Assembly (NCBI GenBank): GCA_951406725.2
Contig: OX597821.1
Coordinates: 99,696,001 to 99,760,000 of the forward strand
From: Octopus vulgaris
Taxonomy: Eukaryota
Length of the DNA: 64,000 nt
Direction: 5' to 3'
Position numbers and translations under genes: made by a program
Shown: positions 54,310 through 64,000 of the stretch, in pieces
Position numbering within the stretch: position 1 is the first letter of the stretch
Layout of the letters: the number at the start of each line of letters is the position of its first letter
Notes under the pieces: model-generated
The model's database searches: none
What the model was told of the DNA's origin: nothing
What the model saw: the letters and a program-made list of their open reading frames with translations, nothing else

Positions 54310-54660
54310 AACACTTGCCCATAGTTAATCTCTTTTATTTTGATTTTTCAAAATAATATTCTCATCAGCAGGACAACTGACATTTATGATGGTACTGACT
54401 TTTTCTTGTCTATCCCAAAGAACTATATCTGAACTGTGTTATGTTTGCCCATGAGAATGTTCCACCAGTATTCCTTGTGTTGATGTTTATGCATACATTC
54501 AATAGCAGCAGGTTCTCTTTATTTATCTCTGGATAGACTTTTTTGCAGATGGCATTGTATATTGTTTTAGCAACTGTGTCTTGTTGCATTGGAAGGTAGT
54601 ACCTTGATGGTATTTTTGGGCAGCTGTTGATCATGTGTGATGTCTTTCTCAGAAATGTAA
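54310..54660 (-). mobile_element. Fragment of an RLE-type non-LTR retrotransposon (R4/Dong-like), zinc-knuckle/RLE region
   Basis: Minus peptides HMINSCPKIPSRYYLPMQQDTVAKTIY and DIVLWDRQEKVSTIINVSCPADENI match the H..SGC...RHD and PD(I)VLWD...DV.CP motifs; frameshifted. Confidence 0.7.
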
Positions 54661-55560
54661 CATAATCTACATATGTGTGTGTGTATGTGTGTGTATATAC
54701 ATACATACATACATACTGCAAATATGTGTATATTTCTATGATTAGACTATATACTTATATTTCTAAGATCATGCACTCACACTTGTGTAGACAGGATTGG
54801 TCATAATGATATCCAGTCTGTAAGAATATTGGAATTGTTAACAAATATATATTGAAGACACCTTAGATGAAAGCAAAAGACAAACCTCCATATGTGTGAA
54901 ACATATATAAGCAGTTCTCTCTTGGCCAGATGTAATCTTTAAATGATGCAAAATATTATAAACGCAAAGAAGGCGTGTCATAAATATAGATTATTCTTTT
55001 GTGTTGGTGTTGAATCTTATCAACAGAGGGACAGGTTTTCAGTTATGATAGTGTGGTATTGAAGAGAATGATGGAGTAGTCACTATTGGAGGATGATGTA
55101 AGGAAGGAGCAGGAGAAAGGGAAGGGATTAGTGTCAGTAGTGGTTATTTAGAAAGGGTGGGAAAGAGAAGTAAGAATGATGAGGTGAGTTGTGTAATTTG
55201 TATGTATCGTTGTGATTATGTTAAACTGTTGTGTGTCCAAATTTGGCCAAATGCATTTTTTTTTCAATATTTAATTTTGCTTGCAATAGCCAGTTCTTTT
55301 GGTCAAACTATTGTATCTCCAGCTGCTTCAGATGCCAAGATATGAAAATTGTCAAAGTGTAACCCAATGGTTTAGCATTTTTCAAAAGTGTACTAAGTCC
55401 GACATGTGACAGTTTTGCAAAAATATTTGTAACTGAAAACATCATACATGTATGGAGTTATGATTTTATGCACCCAACAAAGTATTGCAGCGTGGAAGGT
55501 GTTTGTAAGCCATTTAAGAAACACACAAAACTGTTCGATTCACTTCAACATTTAAATTTA

Positions 55561-55613
55561 ATTTGTCAAAATATTTTCGTCGCTTTGAGACTGCGACCTG
55601 TTCACTGACAAAT
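55561..55613 (-). ncRNA. Minimal type-I hammerhead ribozyme motif (G3-C8 variant), probably in a Penelope-like terminal repeat
   Basis: Minus: ATTTGTCA-GTGAACA-G-GTCGC agtctcaaa GCGAC-GAAA-ATATTT-TGACAAAT; 8-bp stem I, 5-bp stem II, palindromic AATATT stem III. Confidence 0.65.
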
Positions 55614-56120
55614 CTTCATGGCTGAAACTGTTGTTAATGTAAAAAGAAATGGAATGGTGAAACTATTTTTTCGTTTTCTGAAAAAGCAATGTTTTGGACT
55701 TATGACACATAAGACGCATAATAGCATATGACACATATGACGCATAATAGCAGCGATATTTGTGTGTGTATATATATAGTAACTAAGAGGATATTTAGAC
55801 TTCTTATAGGAATATTTTTATCCAAGGTACACTGGTTTGATATATTGTATTTTGAAGAGGTATTTCTTCAATGAATATATTATATAATAAAATATAAAAT
55901 ATTATTAAGTTTGAAAATGGGGAGATCTAACAGATACAAATTTATTAACATCTTCACCTACAATTGTTTCATTGTTTCTATTTTTATTCATTATATTTAT
56001 TTTAAATTTTATTTTTGCTTTTATATACTTTAATTCATATACCTTAATAAGTAACTTAGAAAGAAACATATACGCATACATATTGATGTATAAACTATTG
56101 GCATCCATACTTGTTGCGAG

Positions 56121-56168
<48 letters not shown>

Positions 56169-56726
56169 CACATACACGTATACAAACATGCGCATAAATT
56201 TTATTTCACTTTTATTTCATTTTATTCATTATGTAATTTTACTCTTATATACTATAATTCATTATTATTATTATTATTATTATTATTGAATCAACAATAG
56301 AAGTGATGATTTTAATGCATGTGTACACATGCATAATAAACATGATTATATATTCTGAGTATATTGGAGTATTCCAATGGATTATAATGTAATCCTTATA
56401 TTGTTCTTTTGTACACCCTGATGATTTTCCACCCAAGGTATTTCAAAATGCAAGATTATATATTTATATATGTTTTGTAGTTTTAATTTTGGTTCAGAAA
56501 TGAAACAATTGTAGGTAAAGGTGTTAATTAATTAATAAATTAACTTGTATCCATTAGATCTCTCCATTTTGAAACTTAATGAATTACATACACACACGCA
56601 CACACAAAATGAGAAGAATAAGATATGAATTCAGAAAATCATGTGGTTATACTACATGAATATGTTGCAAAACAGCTGTAATCCTATGTGGTAAAATAAA
56701 TGTATATTCACTTCTCATACTTCCCA

Positions 56727-56771
<45 letters not shown>

Positions 56772-57141
56772 ATATATACATACACATATACATCTATATA
56801 TCTTGTGGGTATTTGGCAACCTCACCAGTGCTGGTACCACATAAAAAGCACCCAGTATATTCTGTTAAGTGGTTGGCATTAGGAAGGGCATCCGGCCATA
56901 GAAACCATGTCAAAGCAAGCTTAGAACCTGGTAGAGCACCTTGGCTCGTTTGTTCTTGTAAAACCATCTAACCCTTGCCAGCATGAAAAAGTGGATGTTG
57001 AATGATATTTGTGATGATGGTGATTTATATGCATATTGCTTTTTAAAAATAAATGACATTCTAAGAATTTATAAAATCTATTTCTATTACATTCTATAAG
57101 TTTTATTTGTTCTGATATATTTATTTCTTTTATTTTTTCAG

Positions 57142-57283
57142 AACATTTTCTCCTTTTTGGAACTTACTTAAATCTTTGGTTGAAAAACTGGCCACGTTAC
57201 ATATGCAACTTGTATATACATGGTCAGAGCTCATCAAAGATGTTGCTCGTTACAATGAAGAACAACATCGGCGGCACAAGAAT
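57142..57283 (+). CDS. FCHO2: FCHO-like F-BAR protein, next coding exon, 142 nt, phase 2 to 0
   Basis: tttattttttcAG|A ACA...AAG AAT|GTaagt; TFSPFWNLLKSLVEKLATLHMQLVYTWSELIKDVARYNEEQHRRHKN, matching FCHO2 [47 protein letters not shown]. Confidence 0.93.
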
Positions 57284-57813
57284 GTAAGTATTGCTAATAA
57301 TTAGCACAATTACAGGCATTAGATTAGCAGAATCATTAGAGCAGTGGACAAAATGTCTTATTAGCTTTTACATTCCAAGGTCAAAGGTCACTTGCGGTTA
57401 ACTTTACCTGTCATCTTTCTGGGGTTGATAAAATGAAATGCCTGTTAAATGCTTCAGTTCATATAATTGGTTATATCCCTCGTGACAATTTATGGCTTTA
57501 TACTTTTATTAGAGATTAATATAATTTATCTTTTACTTGTTCCAATCATTGGATTGCAACCATGCTAGGGCTACACCTTGTAAGATTTAGTCGAACAAAT
57601 CAACCCAAGTACTTATTTTTTTGTCTGGGACTACTTATTGTGTGGTTTCTTTTGCCAAACTGTTTAATTATGGAGACATAAATGAACCAACATTGGTCAT
57701 GAAACAGTGATTGGAGACACACACACACGACGAACTTCCACACAGTTCGCATCTACCAAAATCACTCACAAGGCATTGGTCAGCCTTGGGCTATTGTAGA
57801 AGACAGTCAAGAT

Positions 57814-58771
57814 CACTGGTTCTCAAACTGGGGTCAGCAGTCCCCTAGGGGACCATGAAGGGACACTGAAGTATCGTGAAAATGGGATGGCTTGAGGCAG
57901 TTTAAAAATTTCAAGATTTTCAATTTTTCACATATCATCTTTTTTTGTTGTTGGCCTCAAAAACCCACACCACTCCTACAGACTCATTTGCTAATATGAT
58001 TGGCCGATAGAAAATATGCGGGCATAACGGGTGATCATGCATGTGCTGTCGGTATTTTTTGTTACTCATTTGTTTTGTAGTTAATTGATCAACTGATTCC
58101 CCATATTTTCATGTATAGGCAAGTGAAATCGAAATCAAATTCGATGACTGGCATCTGTGCTAGTGGAGCACTAAAAGCACCATCCGAGCGTGATCGTTGC
58201 CAGAGTGGCTAGCTGGCGTCCGTGCTGGTGGCATGTAAAAAGCGCCATTTGAGCGTGATCGTTACCAGCATCGCCTTACTGGCACTTGTGCCCGTGTGCA
58301 GGTGGCACATTAAAAAAAACACCATTTGGGCGTGGCCGTTGCCAGTACCACCTGGCTGGCCCTCATGCCGGTGGCATGTAAAAGCACCCACTACACTCTC
58401 AGAGTAGTTGGCGTTAGGAAGGGCATCTAGCTGTAGAAACTCTGCCAGATCAAGATTGGAGCCCGGTGCAGGCATCTGGTTTGCCAGACCTCAGTCAAAT
58501 CGTCCAACCCATGCTAGCATGGAAAACAGATGTTAAACGATGATGATGATCTATTGTATCCCAATGGGGCATTGCCTGGATTAAGTTGTGGTTTTCAAGG
58601 CTGCGTGTCTATGGGCAATGCGGTTTATAGTCCATAAATTACGGAACATGAATGTTTGTCATTTTTTTCCATATTGATTATCCTGCATTTTATAGGGGAC
58701 TGTAAATCATTGAAAACAAAACTGTAAGGAGTCCAGCACTTAAAATTGTTTGAAAAGTTTGAGAACCACTG
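57814..58771. mobile_element. Non-autonomous hAT (Charlie-like) element
   Basis: TIR CA(C/G)TGGTTCTCAAACT / AGTTTGAGAACCACTG; 8-bp TSD GTCAAGAT at 57806-57813 and 58772-58779. Confidence 0.85.
58123..58550 (+). mobile_element. Retroposon family C with internal ~60-bp tandem units and (GAT)n tail, probably RTE-mobilised
   Basis: GGCGTTAGGAAGGGCATC...CCAACCCATGCTAGCATGG...GTTAAACGATGATGAT tail, seen in many copies (e.g. 20838-20990(-), 21075-21270, 54028-54270(-), 63316-63590). Confidence 0.8.
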
Positions 58772-58833
58772 GTCAAGATGCTGTGCAGTGGGACCAGACC
58801 CAAAACCAATTGGCTGCAAAGCAAGCTCCTTAA

Positions 58834-59053
58834 CCCTTTAGCATTGAAACAGGCTATATCCGGCCCAAATATTTGAATGTGTTTTATGTTCAAACTGACC
58901 AGATAAGGCCTCTCTTACCTACCCTACAATGTCATTCTAAATGTAAACATTCAAATCATCAAATCTCAAGGCTATGAGATAATGCATGATTAATTTGAAA
59001 TAATGTGGATAAATAAGCATTACAGTTGACAGAGTACTCTGAATGCTAAAGGG
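58834..59053. mobile_element. 220-bp piggyBac-type MITE (second family)
   Basis: TTAA|CCCTTTAGCATT...AATGCTAAAGGG|TTAA; related copies at ~23220-23430, ~40650-40817 and ~61367-61595. Confidence 0.88.
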
Positions 59054-62000
59054 TTAACCACACAGTCATGCCCACACCTATGTCTTAATTACACAACCAT
59101 GCACTGTGTATTGGTTGGGTTTTTTTTTCCATCTCAGTCAGGAAAGAATGTATTGCTCATGCTATTTCTTAGAGCCTTTGAGATTAACAGGAGAGTAAGA
59201 AGTAATAAACCTGACCGTATGAGTCATATTGATCTGCAATACAGTTTATTATCATTTTGCATGATCCTGCGGCATTTTGTCTGTCAAACTCAACAACCCT
59301 TAAGTCTGACCTCACCATCACTGTCCATTTCGTTCATTAACTTCATTGATTTTCCATAGGGAAATTATTCACCCCAGCTGTTGCATGTGTCAACAGGATC
59401 AGCAGAATGGCTAAAAAATGCCTTTTAGAGTCCAGTTGTATTCTCTCATGCACTGTGCTGTTTATGTCCACGCAAGTTTAAAGTACATGAATATTTTTTA
59501 ACTGAACATTCAAATGGTTTAACTGTAGTTAAAAAAAAAAAAGAAAAAAAAAAGCTGACATTGAAATGGTAATGAGGATATGATAGTCTATATCAACCTT
59601 TTTCACTCTTGGAGAACTTTTGAGATACATTCCATGTCTCAGAGAACCTTTACATGAAAATCATTAAGCATCTCTATTAATCTTTTATATTTTCTTTCAT
59701 AAATTTGGATTTCATAAGAAGTTAAGCAAATCATAAAACTGTCTTTGAAAGGTTTTGGCAAAAGGCCAATAAGAAAGGTTTGGTAAAAGGCCAATAAGAA
59801 TGCTTATGGAATTTCATTTTAATCAAGAACTTGAATGTGCATGGTTTAGTGGTTAGGGTATTTGGCTTGCAATCATAAGGTTGTGTGTTTGATTCCTGGT
59901 GGTGCCTTGTGTTCTTGAGCAAGTCACTTTATTTCATTTTGCTCCAGTCCACTCAACTGGCAAGAATGAGTTGTGCTTGTAATTCAAAGTGCCAACCTTG
60001 TCACATTCTGTGTCTTGCTGAATTTCTTTGAAAACTATAAATCCTTAAATCTTTAAAAATGTTTCAAACCGAAGGCTACGGCCATGCTGGGGCACCACCG
60101 TTGTTAAAGATGCATGTTTTTGTGGAGTACTCAGCCACCTTCACATTAATTTCACAAGCAGGCTGCTCCATTGATCAGATCAACAGGAATACTCATCATA
60201 ACTGATGGTGTGCCTTCTTGCTTAGATGAAATTTACCGATGCTTTCCTATTAACTCTTTTGATACCAACCTTCCTGAAACCACCTTTAGTTCTCTTGTTT
60301 TAATTGTCATCTTCGTCAGAACTTCATGTTAATTTATATCCCAAACACCAGCTTAATAGTGACATAACTATTTTGATAAAACTTTTATGACTTTCAAAAT
60401 TAATTGTCATAAATGAAGTGTATTTCATGAGGAATATGGTAACAAAAGGGTTAAAAAACCATTTTTCCTGTAGGCTCTCCTTATTACCTACAAATGCTAG
60501 GATTTTAGATATGAGTAAAAAATACATTTGCATCTAATTAACTTATTTATCATAATTTCTCATGGAAGCCCGTTGGAGAAACTCTGGCTTTATATGATTC
60601 AATTTTTGTGTTCTTGTTTAGCCCTAGGTCATCTCTGATTGGACAAATCTATGATGAAATGCATTCAAACCACATCTCGTCTCTTTTTCAGGCAGTTTGA
60701 TCAAAGTCTACATTGTCCAATGTCTATTTTAGAGGCAGATCTACTTGCTGTTTCAAATAGGGCAGGTTAAGTAATTGTGCTGAACAGTGGTGGTTCTCAT
60801 TTATCTTATTTTAGCGTATCACCCCATACCATTCCTTGAAATGAGGTGATAAGCTAATCGTGTATGTATACACACACACACACACACATGATTATCTTCA
60901 TCCAGCAAGCAAATTTTGCCTATGCACTGGTTCATTACCTATATTTGTTTATAGTATCTCATTCAATGTTTGCCTCTTTTTAGATATTTATGTTCACTAG
61001 TGTCCTCTATATTAAATTTTTATGGAAATTACTAAAGAAGGTGAGGGCTTACATAACCAAAACTAAATTGGACGTTGGCACTTCATCAGTCATGATTCTG
61101 TTCTCTGATAACACAATGCCTATTCATAACCTAATTCTGAAAAATATTTTTCTGAAAATATGTTTAAAATGGAAGTATTGTACCTGGTTTAACACTTTTG
61201 CTACCTTATTTCTGTTGAAATATACTGATTTTATTTCAATTAAGTTAAACAACAAAGAATTTAGTAAATTAACTATGCCCTTATTAAGCTGGGGTTTGAA
61301 GTATAATTTAAGATAAAATTGTGATGGCATGTTTTAATTTTGATCATTTTAAAATAGGCTCTTTAACCCTTTTGCATTTAAACTGGCCATTTCCAGCCCA
61401 CATTCTACTGCTTTATGTTTAAACCAGCCAAATCTGGTATGTCACACCTACCCTACAATGTCATTCTAACAAAAAAAAAAAAATCAAAAAAAAATCACAT
61501 CATCAAGATGTCAGAGCTACAAGCTAATGCATGGTTAATTAAAAATGATGCGAATAAATTCTAAATTTTGACTGTGTAATATGAATGCTGAAGGGTTATA
61601 TCATAGAGCCAGGGGTTGGTGATTCTGGGCAGGTTGGTATCAAAAGAGTTAAATATTTTATTTCAAAGAAATATCATGACCTCTCCAAACCCCTAACACT
61701 CCAACAACACCTTGTCAATAGCCACCCCCTTGTGAATTCACAATGCTCCTAAGTGAGTCCTAGAACTACTGGTATAGAGGCTTCTGTGTATTTAATAAAG
61801 CAATATCTGAATGTTTAGTTTTCGTTAGCAGCATCGTCCTTCTTTCTTAAATTCATTGATTGACCTTGAAAGATGATGCTATTGTTATATATTTAATATT
61901 TAACAACAACAAAATGTTCTGATCAAACCAGTAATTGGTTATCACTATTTTAAGATGTTATAACAGTGATAATGCTGGCATTATTTAAGACTGGTTTGTC

Positions 62001-62469
62001 AGTCAGTCACATTTGGCACCGTATCAAATGTACAAACTATTGGCGTGAAAACTGTCTGTTGAGAGAGAGTGTGCGTGTGTGTGTGTGGCTGTGGCTGAAG
62101 TTTGTAGGTATTGTCTAGCAAAAGATATAACGAGTTTATTTTCTTGCCTTCCTTCCTTCAGAAAAGGAAAAGAAAACAGGTGTAATTGGTGATAGAATAA
62201 AACAGAAAGAATTAGAAGCATTAGTTGTTTCTGTTCAGTATTTACAATAAGTTTTGGCACGAGTGACCGCCTGACCAAAAGGGTGGCTTTAGTAAAACAA
62301 AGTAATCTTGTTGCTTTGATTAGTTAGTAATGAAGTGTTTACTAATAGAAGCCAGGCTGCTAACTGTAACAAACAAAACTACAGTACTACTGACAGATGT
62401 ATTCAGGTATAATTTTGCTTTTTCTCTCAAGGGCACATTGCTAATTATCTTAAATATTTCATGTTTCAG

Positions 62470-62541
62470 ATGAAAGAAACCGAATCAGCAACACTGGAGG
62501 TTGTACAATCTATACAGCAAACCACAACAGCACTTCATAAA
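62470..62541 (+). CDS. FCHO2: FCHO-like F-BAR protein, next coding exon, 72 nt, phase 0 to 0; gene continues beyond the window
   Basis: atgtttcAG|ATG AAA...CAT AAA|GTaaat; MKETESATLEVVQSIQQTTTALHK, matching FCHO2 TKEEVAGTLEAVQTIQSITQALQK. Confidence 0.9.
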
Positions 62542-62989
62542 GTAAATCATTTCTCTCTTTTTTCCTTTCTTTCTCATCCTTCACGTGTGTGTGCATGTGT
62601 GTTTGTGTGTTTGGATACATATGAGATAATGACAAATGTAAAATAAATTGGGATGTTTCTTGATAAGTTATCGCAATTATTTTCGTACCTTCCTATATTA
62701 TGGTACCAAAAGCATCCAAAACGCTACCAGAGAATGTCTGTGCTTTGAGGCCGACAGCACATCATTACTACTTTTTACTGCTTTCAAGAAAAATACTTCC
62801 CCAAATCAGAGTTTAATGTGTTTATCCAAACTGCATACTATGATATATTCTAATATCACAGTAGCTGTGGCTTTGTTAAGAACCTTGCTTCCCAACCATG
62901 TGGTCTTGGGTTCAGTCTCATTATTGCTTCTCGGGCCAACCAATACCTTGTGTGTGAATTTGATAGATGAAAACTGAAAGAAGATATGT

Positions 62990-63033
<44 letters not shown>

Positions 63034-63275
63034 TTGTTTGCATGTATGTATCCTTGTCTTGGCAACATGTGATAGTTATAAATGAGCATGAAATATATAA
63101 ATACGCTCACACATGTACACATATGTATTTGGTTAAGACAGTCAGTTATCTTTCTTATATTCACCCATGTGTATGTGTGTATACATGTTTGTCCAGCCCA
63201 TGAGAGCATGGAAGGCGGACGTTAAATGATGATGATGACAACCAATAACTATATAATTTTGTGTGTGTGTGTGTG

Positions 63276-63315
<40 letters not shown>

Positions 63316-63318
<3 letters not shown>

Positions 63319-63590
63319 CGCTGGGTCGATGCCAGCGCTGCCTTGACTGGCTTCTGTGCCGGTGGCACGTGAAAAGCACCAACCGATTGTGGCTACTGCC
63401 AGCCTCCCCTGGCACGTAAAAAGCACCCACTACACTCACGGAGTGGTTGGCGTTAGGAAGGGCATCAAGCTGTAGAAACACTGCCAGATCAGACTGGAGC
63501 CTGGTGCAGCCTCCTGGCTTCCCAGACCCCGGTTGAACCGTCCAACCCGTGCTAGCACAGAAAATGGACGTTAAACGATGATGATGATGA
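63316..63590 (+). mobile_element. Young family-C retroposon copy
   Basis: Two GGCACGT(G/A)AAAAGCACC units followed by the family-C tail and (GAT)n; preceded by (TA)n. Confidence 0.82.
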
Positions 63591-64000
63591 TAAACACACA
63601 CACACATGTCCAATCCATGCCAGCATGGAGAGCGGACATTTGATGATGATGATATATATCATCTTGCATTTGTCTGTCCATAACGATTTGGACTGGCTCT
63701 ACTGTTATCATGGTCCATTGTTGCATCTGCTAAGAGATATCAGGGAAAATGTCAGGCTATTAGATAAACAGTGATTGTAAAATGAGTAATAGATTAAATA
63801 GTGGAATTGATCTAATTGGCTAAAACCCATGTAAGTGCTGTCTCAGCACTGCCTGAGTGCAAGAAATGAAACTGATAAAAAAATATATGGTATATAACAT
63901 TACAAGCATTAGATAGAAATGTTTTGTATATATTCAAATTTTAGTTGTTAATGTGTGTGTGCGTGTGTGTGTACTCAGAATGTAGTGCACACTACATGGG

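Larger units (their letters stand above)
57528..59079 (-). mobile_element. Old family-A SINE split by two DNA-transposon insertions
   Basis: SINE sequence 57528-57813 resumes at 58772-58833 and again at 59054-59079. Confidence 0.75.

Noticed and set aside
55701-55752. Short tandem duplication (ATGACACATA.GACGCATAATAGC x2); similar ones at ~52578-52621 and ~59748-59800
   Set aside because: Ordinary local slippage duplications with no further structure.

Overview
AT-rich, repeat-dense eukaryotic DNA; the SINE/LINE repertoire and (TA)n density suggest an octopus (coleoid cephalopod) genome, which is an inference. The only host gene I can support is four consecutive + strand coding exons of an FCHO1/2-like F-BAR endocytic protein (18997-19088, 53038-53112, 57142-57283, 62470-62541). 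They have canonical AG/GT sites, matching phases and a ~34 kb intron; the first exon was not found and probably lies upstream of the window. The rest is intronic mobile DNA: a 2.8 kb TA-rich satellite hosting a near-intact CR1/L2-group LINE ORF2, a second LINE and an RLE-type (Hero-like) fragment; a non-autonomous Helitron; a solo LTR; Merlin-, hAT- and piggyBac-type MITEs; Penelope remnants; and several SINE families. Almost all long Y/I/M/C-rich ORFs in the track are microsatellite artefacts. The most interesting signals are RNA-structural: minimal hammerhead-ribozyme motifs (one with a G3-C8 compensatory swap), a tRNA-headed fold-back element with a hammerhead-like tail and 16-bp TSD, a 3' stem-loop shared by LINEs and SINEs with stem covariation, and several long intronic hairpins.
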